Below, one piece after another: positions 28,694 to 41,835 of a stretch of DNA of 64,000 nucleotides. The stretch is from NCBI GenBank assembly GCA_047495785.1, contig JBLDXI010000013.1, positions 1,426,001-1,490,000 of the forward strand, read 5' to 3'. The DNA comes from Lepidodermella squamata. Its lineage: Eukaryota > Animalia > Gastrotricha. The translations under genes and the position numbers were made by a program. Below the pieces are notes generated by a model that was given only the letters and a program-made list of their open reading frames with translations, did no database searches and was not told the origin of the DNA. Each line of letters begins with the position of its first letter. The first letter of the stretch is position 1.

Positions 28694-30149
28694 AATTAGC
28701 AGACCATTGGAAACATGACAACCTAACTTCCGATTGTCCAAAAGCCGATGCGCTTAAATAATTTCCTGTGGTATTCCTAAAGATATAAGTTGAAGCAAAA
28801 ATTAGCATTGAGGTAGAAGTTGAAAATTCTAATGAGATGACAAAGCAGCAGGATTTGACGGACTGATGGATGGAGGTTAGACCCTGCCATAATTTCTGGT
28901 ACGAAGTAAAACCAGCCTAACCCGAAAGTATGCTCTTAGAGTATTTTACTGTTGAAGCATCTACTCAGGGAGTAGATTACTCCTAGGAGATATTTACATA
29001 ATTTTAATCGAATAGTAGGCTTGAAGCTTACTCTTGATAATTTAGCGCTGATTATGTTAACTAATCGGTTATCTAAAAATGATACCCTAAATGGGACTTG
29101 AAAGGACCCACGGAGAAGACGCTAGAACTTTTTTCCATGTGACGCTCCAATTTTTCCTATGTTTTCAAACCGTAGATACGTTAGGCGTTAGGCTAGATAC
29201 GTTAACATTGAATTCGCCGCTGTTAACTTCTACAGGAAGCACGGCGATGATCTTAAAATAAAAAATAGCACATCAAGAGCTTAGGAGTAAAATGGTCTGA
29301 CTGATGTTTTTCTTACATTAGAATCTTAGAGTAAGATCTCGGATCAATTTACTCTAGAAGACGACTAATGAATAAGTTAAAATCGATTAAAACACGTGAC
29401 ATTACTCCCTAGATATAAAGCAACAAATTAACACCCCCTACATACGGCGGAAAAGCAATATAACGAATAGAAAAAGCTGTTGAATCATCCTGGATAGATA
29501 ACGGAGGATGGTGACCGTTAAACAAAAGTGGTCGATCATCTGAAATCTGACCTCGAAGACTGATTATCGCAAGAAGAAAAGATCATACAATTGAAAGAAT
29601 AATCCTAAAAGAAGTAATATCTCAATTGAATGCGAGAGCCAGGAATAACTAAGGAATAAAAAAAAAACGATTGATGAGCATTGGACAAATACTTAATGAG
29701 ATGCAATATCTAGGGGAAAAATCGAGTTGTAAGTTGTAATGCATCGTGATGATCCACTTGATATTCAATTACAACAAAATACAGGTACGCAGCATTCAAG
29801 ATGTTTGCGAAACAAACACGAAAGATAAAACAAACGTAAACCAATAACAGACGGCTTAATGATGGGCTTTAATGCTTTTACTGGCGTTTGGAAGAATATA
29901 CGAAAAGTCGGAACAATTCAATTATAGCGCCGAGAAATAACCCATTTCTTTTGCACGCATATTCAAAGCAATTATAATAATATAAGATAAATATATTAGT
30001 TAATTAGAATACATTTTTTCATTGGTTGCTAATGAACCATAGCGACGATGTTATTCTTCGGCAGGTAGAAGCTTCTGCCTCTGACACCCTTCACATTTCA
30101 CCACCCGTTACAGACTGTCTAAACTTTGAGCGAGATTTCAACAAAAGCC

Positions 30150-33100
30150 ATGGGATTAACTCTGCAAAAAGCTGCGCAGTGGACTTCTGCCCAGGGAGGA
30201 ACGAGCGGCAAGCTGGAGTTCACCCCGATAAATGAAAAGTTGTTGACTGAAATCACGAAGTATTTCGAAACTTACGCTTCTGGCCACCCGGAGGAAGGCC
30301 AGATACCCTTTCAGAAGCCATTGATTTGGAACACTAATCTCAATCCAGAAGATTTTTCTGGTCTTGAGCTTCGTGGCGACGATGCCTTTTCGTCGCAGAT
30401 GGCCGATGAGAATGTGCCAGCTGTTCACGTGAAAAGAGTTGAACATGGGCAATGTGAAGTGTCCATAATGTCGCTCCAGGGCGTGGAACTCATACTCCGT
30501 GCACTCGGTGCTGGCGAAAAAAGGCTGAATGAAGTCAGGAAATGCGTCGAAGGCATGCTCAAATATCTATAATATGTGAGCTTCATGTTACAATTGATTT
30601 GTGTATTTTGCTTTTAGCCAATTCTGACCCTGTTGCAAAGATTCTCGGCCCACGATTCGCATCTGTTGGTGGTGAAGACAACTCTGCATACCGTTTTATG
30701 GAAGAAATTATCACTCAACAACCAGCTAAGCCTTCCGAGAAAGCAAAGCTCAAATTACTTCTCCAACTGCAGAGTTTGGATTCAACTCTTATGAACATGG
30801 TTCTCTCTGAAGTCGCCAAGTTCGCCAATATTTCTTCCATATGACAACAACATTTACAAAATCTTTCTTATTTTCAGCACCGTGAGACTGAACGGAGGAG
30901 CTGTTGATTGCCAAGTGTCCATATTGCAACAATACTGTGGTCAAGATCCCGACAAAACCGTGCTAGCAGAATTGCGTTATATGGAAGGGTTTGAATACGT
31001 TTACGGAAATGGCTGCCGATCACCACCGTGGCGTCAATTACATGGGGATATTTGCTACTTGGTCGCGAAGCCTCATGACGGAGAATACCTCTTTATTACG
31101 GCTTCAACTGATGGATTCTTCATCAACGGAGTAAATTACATTTCTTGCCATGCTACTATAATAGAGAAAGTTTTAATTGCAGGGCCCACAAGAAACTGAG
31201 GCGCTATCATTTGAGCGTACGTCTGAACCTGTTGACAAATTGGTATCTTTACTGAGGAAGAAGAGTCCCAAGTTTGGCGAGTCGATGGATAAACTGGTAA
31301 GTCAACAAATAATCTCTTGAAGTTAAATTCGAATTGAGTTATCGCATACAATTTCAGCCCTGGAAGTCGTATGCATCATTCTTAAAGAGTGGACCCGGAA
31401 ATCGTTAATATATCATAAACTTAAAGACTTGTCATTTGCTGGCTTTTGGCACTTTCTTTACTACCAATCATATCAAATCAATTACGTGGAATGCGATTAA
31501 GCTGTTATTTTACATGAACGGCGCATGTAACGCTATTTTTTATTAAAATTATTCATGTGATTCCGGCAGCTATTAATCTGATATTTTTGTTCAATTCTTG
31601 ATAGTAATAACTTTGTACAGAATCAGTGCCAAGAGTAAGCAAATGTCTCTTTAAGGGGGACCGTAGTCCAAATTTCGGGATATTGCATAAGGGACGGGAA
31701 AGCCTACTCTTGGCTCTAGTTCTTGCGGTAGCAGAACGTTTTTGACTTGATAATTTCAGCTGTTTTTAAATCAAATCCCGTTGTTACAGATTTTCGTATC
31801 TGATATAATTAAGAGAATAAACATGCAACATGAATTACATATTCGAGTTTTCTTTCATACACTCTAACGACTTTTTACCAATGCAGCAAAGCTTGCGTGA
31901 TCAACTGGATGAAGACGCCAGAGCCGAGGCGGAAGCAGCTGAAGCCGAAGAAGCCAAGCGCCTGGTGACAAATAAACGAGGCCAACCGGGTACCGAAAGC
32001 CGAGCACTTGCTGTTCCGAATCCTCGTCGTCTTGAACCTACATTACAATGGCGATCGCTCGGAACTATTGATACAATTGCGAAGGATTCGACGCGAAAGG
32101 AATCTCTTACTGGAGAAGAACGAAAAATTTCGGCTCAAGGAACAAGAATGTAGGCGCATCGAAATTGTATTCATTATTGTTCACTGAACATTCGATGTCA
32201 AAATTTAGGCTTAAAGGAAAGGCGCAAGCAGCGGATGAAGAATTTGTTGAAAGTTCCACAGAGTCTGAATCGGAAGAAGAGGTACCTGATCGCCATCCCG
32301 ATCCTAATGCGGAGCTGCCTGCTGAATATTGGCAAATTCAACGTTTGGTCAAATATCTCAAAGGCGGCAATCAAACAGCTACAATCATTGCTCTCTGCTC
32401 CCTTCGCGACTCGAATCTGTCACAAGAGACCAGCCAGCTTGCGATTAGAGATGTTGGAGGACTGGAGCTGTTCATCAATTTGCTTGATACTGAAGACGTG
32501 AAGTGCAAGATTGGTTCGCTGAAAATTCTGAAGGAAATTTCGAAGAATCCTATCATTCGCCGATCGGTGGTCGATTTGGGTGGCCTTGAAACAATGGTAA
32601 AAATCTTGAACAGCCAGAACAAGGAATTGAAATCACTAGCAGCTGAAACAATCGCAAATGTGGCTAGATTCCGTCGTGCCAGACGCACGGTTCGTCAGCA
32701 CGGCGGCATTAGGAAACTTGTCGCGCTTCTCGACTGCGTCGCAGTGGGCTCGAACAGCATGAATGAGGCCCAAAAGCGGGACGTTGAAGTTGCTCGGGCT
32801 GGCGCTCTAGCCCTTTGGTCTTGCTCGAAAAGCACCAAAAACAAACAAGCTATGCGTAGAGCTGGCGTAATTCCACTGCTGGCTAAACTACTCAAATCGC
32901 CGCATGAGAATATGCTCATCCCTGTTATCGGCACTCTTCAAGAATGCGCGTCTGAATCAAGCTATCGCCTCGCCATCAGAACCGAAGGCATGATTGAGGA
33001 CCTGGTTAAAAACCTGAATTCGGAAAATCAAGAACTCCAAATGCACTGTGCTGCGGCTATTTTCAAGTGCGCAGAAGACAAAGAAACCCGCGAGCTAGTT

Positions 33101-34791
33101 CGCAAGTTCGGCGGTCTCGAACCTCTCGTAAAGCTGCTTTATCGATCGGAGAACAAAGAACTTCTCGCCGCCGTAACTGGCGCTATTTGGAAATGCGCAA
33201 TCAGTCAAGAAAATGTTCAGAAATTCGAACAAATGGACGCCATTCCCAATTTGGTCGCCCTTTTGAATGATCAACCGGAGGAGGTAAGAGAATGACATAA
33301 TTGTTCAGGAATAATGAAATAATCAAACATTGCCGTAATCAAGGGTGTTAGAGTTCGGGTAAATAACATGATATTCAGCGCTTTTGCTTCTACCCTTTCT
33401 CCACGATCAAAAGATACTTTAATTCTCACGCATCGTTTACGTTTCAAATCAGCGCGTTTAGTTTTGAATGGATCAAATCTAGTCTATTTATTTTTTAGCG
33501 AAATGTCGTGGCTTGGTTTAATATCTTGTTAAAATTCGTCAGGTGTTGGTCAATGTTGTCGGTGCGCTTGGAGAGATGGCGAAATCGCCTGCGAACAGAG
33601 CGGCGATTCGTAAAGCCAATGGCATCTCATCCCTAGTTAACTTGCTGACCGGAACTAATCAGGCCTTGCTTATCAATGTCACCAAGGCTGTTGGCGAGTG
33701 CGCCAAAGATCCTGACAACCTTGTGTAAGTTGGAAAAGTTTGAATAAATTGAACTTGATAGAAACTCTGCTCTAGGCTTATCAATGACCGAATGGACGGT
33801 GTGCGATTGCTGTGGTCTCTTTTGAAAAATTCGAACCCGAAAGTTCAGGCTAGTGCAGCTTGGGCAATCTGTCCTTGCATCGACTCAGAGCGAGTTAAGG
33901 TAAACTGAACACTGACGATCCTGAATATTTACGATCACGGAATGCTCTCAAATGTCTTCAGTGTTTTTCCCCATTTGCTTTCATTTATCATCTTCAATTT
34001 TTGCTCATCGTAATCTAACTTTCCCCTAGGCTGCTAGAGGTTCAACGGTAAGTTCTACTTTGTAGAATGCCACTGAATAGTTGATCAATATGTTATAGTG
34101 TCAAACTGATTGACTTTGGTTTGATTGACTGATGATTAGATATCGTATTTTATCGTGAAAATGATTACTCTTTACTTTAATTTAACCCATTATTTTCGTG
34201 ATTTTTATCTAAGGATGCCGGCGAAATGGTTCGTTCGTTTGTTGGCGGCCTGGAGTTGATTGTTGGCCTGTTGAAATCTGACCAAGAAGAGGTCTTAGCC
34301 GCCGTTTGCGCTGCCATTGCCAACATTGCGCAAGACGAGGAAAACCTTGCCGTCATCACTGATCACAACGTTGTTCCTCTGTTGGCTCGTTTGACAGGTA
34401 CGACGAACGACCTGCTCCGCCAGCATCTAGCCGAGGCAATCGCCATGTGTTGCAAGTGGCGCAACAATCGCGAGGCATTCGGCAAGGAAGGCGCCGTGGC
34501 TCCACTTGTTCGTTACCTCAAATCACCGGATCCGCATGTTCATCGATCGACGGCTCGTGCGCTTCACCAACTCAGCAAAGACGCTGATAACTGCGTGACA
34601 ATGCATGAAGCTGGCGTTGTACCGGTAAAACAATTTTTTGGTGCTTTGGAGTTTAAATTACGCCTTAATTTTCTCAGCCGCTCATCCGTAACATCGGCTC
34701 GATTGATACTGATCTGCAAGTGGCAGCGGCTGGTTGCATTGCCAACATTCGAAAGCTGGCATTGGCGAACGAGAAAGCCCGACAGCGTTGA
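30150..34791 (+). CDS. ODAD2: Outer dynein arm docking complex subunit 2 (ARMC4), about 1046 aa. Exons 30150-30552, 30618-30819, 30878-31130, 31183-31296, 31887-32149, 32209-33283, 33543-33724, 33776-33899, (34030-34047), 34214-34624, 34678-34791
   Basis: N-terminus [61 protein letters not shown], armadillo repeats, [17 protein letters not shown], and the C-terminus [20 protein letters not shown]. Confidence 0.96.
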
Positions 34792-35038
34792 TCGACATCT
34801 AATAGATCAACTTGACAAAACTTGACGATTCAAAATCTGCGATATTAATATTATATAACTAGCTTTTTCTCCTTCTATCGATAACGAGATGTGATTTGTT
34901 TAGCTTCTTTCGATATATCGATCTCTCAATATGAAACTACTGTTAAGGAACAAACTATAAGCTTGCATTTTTAGTGATTTCAAAATTGTAAATATTGTTC
35001 ACAAATTTTCCTCTCAATTTTAGATCAATTAAACAGCA

Positions 35039-38000
35039 ATGATAAGCGGCGACGTTTCTGAGCGTTTCAAAATTCCGATAGAACATTTCGATTTCGGCTA
35101 CATCGAAAAGTGCACCGATGTTAGAGAACTCGCCAAAATTCTGAAGACATTACGATCGGGTGACGAAGGCCATTATCCCGATTTGGAGCGAACATGCGAA
35201 AGGCGAATCGAGCAGCTTGACCCGCAAAATCGAATTCTGCGCAAAGAAAATCCAGTCAGCACGAAATACGACCTGCCGCCTGAGGAATGGCAGCAAATAG
35301 CTGGAGATTTGACGCAGTGGTTAGAGGAAGTGTCTGAGGCAAATAGAACTGTTGCCGAGGTCGATAATGACGAAGATTTGCCGAAAAGCTACAAGAAATC
35401 GAAGAAAGCAAGTAAAATTATCGAGGATGCCGCGAATAACGGACACGACGCTGACGACGAGGATGGCAGTGAACATTTACCACCTGTCCGGGGTACTAGT
35501 GTTGTTATCATTCCGAAACCAGCTGCTAAGCCTGAGTTGGCTGAGGTGAAAAAAGGGAACGATGAAAACAAAAAACCATCTCCTAAGCCGAAATCAAAGA
35601 AGAAGAAACCTCTGCCTCGAAGTTATCGCGAATGGGACAAAGTCGATGTTGAAGCTGAACTGAAAAAAATTGACGAAGAGGAGGGGGAGAAACAGAAGAA
35701 AGAAGAATCGGCGTCAAAGACTGCTGAATCTAAAGCTGAAAATGCCACATCAGAAGCTATTGCGTCCAGCGTAAAATTGGCTGAAATAAACAAAAATGGT
35801 TAGTTTTTAAACTCTTTGGATTTCCCCTCATTTATGAACTGTTATTTTTTAGCTTTGTCCGAGTCGGAAATCGCAATACGCGCCGAGCGTGATAAGGAGA
35901 AAGGAAACGAGGCTTTTAGAGCGGGTGATTTCGATGAAGCTCTGGCCTACTACAACCGCAGTTTATCTTTGCAAGTCACCATGGCTGTTCTCAACAATCG
36001 AGCTTTTACCTGTAAGACTTTTATTTTGCTATGTCGTAGGCGAACGCGCACAACAGGGGAACGCGCAATTATATTTCCACCACCACGTTGTTCGCCTAGG
36101 CAAACGCGTTCCGCTGAGAAATTGAAAAAAATCGTGTGTTTACCTGAATTTATCCCAGTTGAGCAGCGAGTCTTTAAGCAACAGCATATGTGCGCCGGGG
36201 CTGCGTGCAAGGTTACGTACGCGCGCGAGACTAAGTCAGCGTATATGAATGCCTATAATGGATCTAAGCCTTCAATATACTGATAGGTGTCCGTTAGATA
36301 ATAGTTGTGCGCGTTATACTATTATCACTTACTATTACCAGTTTAACTTATCGATTTATTTAATCAAATTTAGATTTGAAACTGGAAAAATGGGACCACG
36401 CCATCAAGGATTGCAATACTGTGCTTGCGGAAGACCCGAAAAATTTGAAAGCCTTATTCCGGCGTGCGACGGCCTACAAGTCCAGAAAGCAATTTGCAGC
36501 TGCGAAAAAGGACTTGGAAAAGGTGCGTACCCTTGAGAATATTTTACTGTGCGGTTGTAGCGGATATGGGAATTAATTATTTATGCTGCTTGCGTGTTCA
36601 TACAATATGTACGTTTTCAGGTTATTTCTATCGATGCTTCGCATCAAAAGGCGGTGGAGATGTTGGAGTCGGTGAAAAAATCGATGGAGAGTACGAAGAA
36701 AGACGGCAATCGGCTAGTTATAGAGGAAGTTTCCGAGGCCAGTGAGGACGAAGAAGCGAATGCGACTCACTTTGGGAAAACCACGCTGTCGCATCACGAG
36801 AATGCACCGACAACCAACCACGCCGCCATGCCGCACGAAAAACCGGCGAAACCGGACGTCTCTCAGACAAGCAACAGCAATCACGCAAAGTCTGATAAAG
36901 GAGCGGTAAAGGACAATAAAACCGGGGCGAAATCCATCTGGGGAGACGGTGAGGTGGAACAGGAAATCACTGCTGAAAAACGCGATCCACCGAAACCGCG
37001 GACTAATCCAAACCCTGAACCTGAGGCGAAGGTAGAAACAATCAAAATTAAGGTTAAAGACGAGTCGAAGGCGGCGGCAGTAAAACATCAACCTGAAATT
37101 GTTGTGATAAATGAAGTTCCTATTGGAGATCTGTTGGACGAACTGACAAAGCTGAAAGATTCGGCTGGAAAGCTGTTTACAGCTTCAAATTTCAGCGAGG
37201 CTTTGTCGTGTTACGAAAAAGCTATCCACTCGGCGAGAAGTAAATCGAAAATTTTCTCGCAAAATAACTCGGCTAGCTCTACTGGAAATACGGCTCAGAT
37301 CAATAATTTGAAGTATACCTACGGCTTGCTTTTGACAAATGCAGCTGCGTGTCAGTTGAAGCTGAACAGGTTCGAAGATTGCGTCGCCAACTGCGACGAA
37401 TCGCTAAAATTCGTGCCGAGATTCGTGAAAACTCACCTGCGTCGGGCGACGGCTTACGAAGCCGTGGAACAATTCGACGACGCTTTGAATGATTACGAGC
37501 AAGTGTTGTCATTGGAACCGAATTCGAAACCGGCCGCTGAGGGAAAATCAAGATGTGAGGGTAAATTAGCCGAACTCATGGCGAGTGAAGCCACTGCTTC
37601 GGGAACTCGCATCGCTATCGAAGAGGAAAGCGACAGCGATGAAAGTGTTGATGCAGTTGCGACTACTGTTGATGAAAAGCCTGAATCCTCACCCCGCGCC
37701 GATAATAAATCGGCGGATAAAAAGCTGTTGCAACCCGCTGTTAAAAATCTTCCACCGCCTCCTATTGAAGTGCCGAAAATGGCTCCGAATTCGGGTGCAT
37801 TCGAATTTGCTCAAGCTTGGGCGTTGCTAGTCAAAGCTGGTCAACAAAACTTGCAAGAATTGGCTAAAGCAGTTGCTACAACTGAAGAAACGGACGAAAT
37901 TGAGTTCGAGCCGGAACCAAAGTTTTACCAGCCATTCTGGGATTTTCTACAACTTCTACCCATCAATCTTGTTCCAAAAGGTTTTTTATTGTTGTTGAGG

Positions 38001-38314
38001 ATTCATTTTAATTATTCTCAAATTTGTGTCTTGTAGTTTTCGCGAATCAACTGGATGGTACTTCATTTTCCACAATCATCAACTGCCTTCACTTTGCAAT
38101 TATCGACAATGCTTACAGCGATAAGTCGTTCAAATTTGCCGCGGAATTTCTTCTGCAGCTCGCTGCTATTCAGCGATTTAGCGTTGCGGCTATGTTTCTG
38201 AGCGATGGCTGCCGAATTAAACTGCGTGAGATAGTTCGAAAGCTCACTTCGAGCGACTTGTCTCCCTCGGCAAAATCGAATATTGAACGCCAATTTGCAT
38301 CATATTGCAAGTAA
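35039..38314 (+). CDS. SPAG1: Sperm-associated antigen 1 (dynein assembly co-chaperone; TPR plus RPAP3_C), about 901 aa. Exons 35039-35798, 35853-36011, 36374-36522, 36621-37980, 38037-38314
   Basis: SPAG1-type N-terminus IPIEHFDFGYIEKCTDVRELAKILKTLRSGDEGHYPDL, PRSYREWDKVDVE, TPR motifs KEKGNEAFRAGDFDEALAYYNRSL and KALFRRATAY, and a C-terminal RPAP3_C-like segment FEFAQAW...RFSVAAMFLS. Confidence 0.92.
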
Positions 38315-38596
38315 AATTAAGATTTTTGCAATAAAATAGGGCATTGTCAGGCATATCAGTTGCTCATGAAGTCTTCTAGTTATTTGTGCCTAATTTATTC
38401 AACACCTCATCTGACTATAATACCTTGCACTTATGCTGTAATCAATTTGAGGAAATAAAGTTTGAAAAATATATATACCTATTGTGTCTTTTAAATGGAC
38501 GAGGCTATGTGATTTGACTTAATTTTTTTACATCACCTTCTGTTCTTATTGGACCGTGATGTGCGCTGTGCGCTGTGCGGACCCGGTCATCGGTCT

Positions 38597-40735
38597 TCAG
38601 TTAATCGGTAATGATGAGGAGATGGTTGATTGATAGCGAAAAACAGCGGTTACAAAAGCAGGTGAAACAAGGCCATAATGTTTAACAAACAGCTTAACTT
38701 GGTATAATGTCTCAAAATGTCCCCCACCTGAGACAGTTCTTGCCAAGTCGGCAACACGTTTCAGTCTCACAATAAACTCGTCCACAAGCACCTTATCAGC
38801 TTGTGTCTGGTGCTGGTTCGGTTTTATTATTGTTGGTGATGCGATTCTGGGCGGTGTTTCAGGCAAGTCTGACGTACATGGTGTACGTCTTCGCGGTACC
38901 GGTGGCGTTGTTGCCGTTGTAATGCTCGAACTGGCCGAGGTCAGCCGTTTCGAACTACGGAGTATGTACCCACCCGTCGTGAACTTGTTATCACGGGTTG
39001 TTTAATGAGCAGGTTGGCGCATGAGACGTACGTATAGTACGTATAGTACGTCTCATGGGTTGGCGGTGATCAGGCGCAACGGCGAAGCTGCGGCAACCGG
39101 CGGCCGCATTAACAGCGCATTGGGCCGACTGCTGTGCTTGCGAATAGCGATCAGCCGTGGGGTAATCTCGCAACCAGGCCAACTTGAGGTGGTTACGATG
39201 AGCAAGGATGTCATGGCCGGACAGATAAAAAAGCGAATAGCGTAGGTAACAGGCGAAACTCGAGCCACTACGGATGAATTGGGACCCTTGTAGCGAGAGG
39301 CGAACTTCGGAATCACATCGGGCCGGTTACTTGGCACATGAAGGTAGACGAGATCGCTGATATTGAACGGCTCGCATATTCCTGAACTGCGACCAAAGCG
39401 TTCTTTCTCACGAGCAAGCGCGAGTTGGAAACGAGATCGAACGTCGTCGAAAGCGCGACGTAAATTGTCGTACAAGCCGTAGGCGTGACTCCGCGCAACT
39501 CGCTCTAGTCTTGGGCGGGGACGCAGGCTTTTCAGCGGAGAACTGCCAGTCCATAGCTAATTTCGGCATGTGACCCAGCTGCGGTGGTGGGTGGCGATGA
39601 GTCGAATGGTTAGACGAATTTTAGCCCGAGCAGCAGGCCTTGACGAAGCGGCACCAGTCTAGATGCTAGCCGAGAGCACGACGTATTTCGCCCGGCTAGA
39701 CGGGAGAGGATCATTTTGAATTTTACAGTTTATTCTTTTCGAAATGTGTATTCAGTATCACTGATTTCATGGCTGATATCGTGTTCCAATCGTATAGAAC
39801 TAAAACTAACTGATAAAACATCAATAAAAACGTAAGTTATCCTTCTTTTTCACCGATAAAACGAAAGCGTGTTGTTAGCAGTATTTACCACATTTCTGAA
39901 ATTTTTTAATGGATCATAAATATACTGCATCTCGAAAATATCCCCACCCCGATTACAACCCTATAAAACTGTTGGTTCAATCACAAATATAGCCCGGTGT
40001 GAGGTAGGATCATGAGATAGTTCAACAACCGACCTACGGTGTCCTTCCAGGTTTTCAAAGTTCGAAGAGCAGCGGCGTCAGTGATGACGTGGTAATTGAA
40101 TTCAAACCCGGCGAGATTAATCTGCTTTAGCCCGTACAAAACGGCAAGAACTTCACGTTCACAGCTGGAATAGTTACGTTCAGCCTTAGTCAGATTTCGA
40201 GAACCGAAAGCGACTGGACGGCGGTTACCGTCGTCTTGGTCATGTTCGAAAACGTAACCGAGACCGGACCCCGACGCGTCAGTCGATAAAATACATTTCT
40301 TGTCAAACTGGGGAAAGGCCAAACGAGGTGGGGAAATCAACGCCTTTTTGAGCTCATTAATAGCTATTTCGGCATCTTCATTCCAGTGAAAGTTGTTCAT
40401 ACTTTGTAGCTCGTATAAAGGAGCAGCTTAACGCAAAATTCTTGATAAAAGGCCGATTATAACTGGCTAAAGAGGTGAAAGCTCGAAGTCCGCTAACCGT
40501 CGCAGGGACGAGAAAATTCTGGATCTTCGAAACTCGGTCGCGAAAAATAGATAGACCATCCTGGCTAATCGAACACGTTCAAGATAGGTGGTGAAGCGGT
40601 GAAAAACCTGACATTTTGAATCCTTAATTTCAAGTTCATCTAGCGCATGCGCTCAAGGACGACGCGAAGATCGTGAAATTGCTGTTCTTTATTGCTGAAA
40701 ATGCTGAAAACGAGAATATCGTCGAAATAGGTGTT
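38597..40735 (-). mobile_element. Degenerate Ty3/gypsy LTR retrotransposon pol remnant (RT, RNase H, integrase C-terminal region); boundaries approximate
   Basis: RT motif YFDDILVFS at ~40730-40704. RT-RNaseH segment FHWNEDAEIAINELKKALISPPRLAFPQFDKKCILSTDASGSGLG..VAFGSRNLTKAERNYSSCEREVLAV at 39981-40400. Post-integrase GPY-like segment DLVYL..KFASRYKGP..VVARVSPVTYAI at 39053-39475. Frameshifts are present. Confidence 0.88.
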
Positions 40736-41140
40736 TGAACAAAGACTGTTTGAATAACTTGTCACCTCACAAGAGGTGGAAAATAGTAGCTTTTTCCCAA
40801 ACCAACCTGGCCCAACATATTACGATTCATACTTTGAGAACACGACGCAAACATGATCTAAAAAGGTAAATAATTGTAAATATTTTTGTAATTCTAATAA
40901 GTCGCGGGGGAAATCGGCATTAGTACCGAAAAAGTACCGCAGATGTACCGCAAGAAAATTCTCAAGTGGGGTAAAAAATGAGTCACATGATTTCATTCAT
41001 TCCGCCTTTACGACACGATATATAGTAGGTTGACCAGCGTAATATGAATGAGGCCGCATGGCCACGAGGCCAAGTACTGCCATGTTATGTAGAAAAACAT
41101 TTAATTGCAGGTCGTGTTGATCGATTATATCACCAGTATA

Positions 41141-41641
41141 CAGTGAAAGTTGTCTAAACCGGACTAAGGTCGTGCCAGGCAAAATCGTCCGGTTTAGAGA
41201 AAGTCCGAATTATTTTAAACCGGACTGAGTGCGGTATAGGAAATACCGCGCGAAATACATGGAATTTTTAAGTTTTTAGTAAGCTAAGTAATAGCTTTTG
41301 AGTACGGAATCGACAATTTTAATATAAATAATCAACATTTCACAATATTCAACATCAATATTCACAATAATTTGGAAGTTAATTTTTTTCGAAATTTTGA
41401 AGCTACATTTGAGGCTACTCTTGTCAGGCAAGGGCTGGCACTTTCTTCAGAATTATATAGAAAATTGGCCTTTTATTGCATAAACGGGACTTCGAGCCCG
41501 AAATCCGTCCGGTTTATACCACCAGTCCGGTTTAGAGAGTCCGGTTTAGACAATAAAATTATAATGTGAAGTCCACACTTTCGGATCGAGCCACCCGAAA
41601 TCGTCCGGTTTAGACCGGTCCGGTTTAAACAACTTTCACTG
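41141..41641. mobile_element. Tc1/mariner-pogo type MITE (501 bp) with TA target duplication
   Basis: TIR CAGTGAAAGTTGT(C/T)TAAACCGGAC at both ends (24 bp, 1 mismatch), flanked by TA. Internal copies of TCCGGTTTA. Confidence 0.88.
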
Positions 41642-41835
41642 TATATAGCCAAGACAGTCATAGAAATGTCATAGAAGCCTATAAATGCGATTTTCACGAC
41701 ATGATTTTTGCGCGAGAGGCGCTTTTTTGGGACTCGAGTCGCTGATATCTTGTAGAGAATCAAGCGGGCTATCTGTCTTGTCGACTCGTTTCAAAAAGTT
41801 TATTTATTTCCCAGGTCCCAGGGTATAACTATAAA

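Noticed and set aside
31651-31810. TTAA-GGGGGACC transposon end in an ODAD2 intron
   Set aside because: No matching opposite TIR was found.
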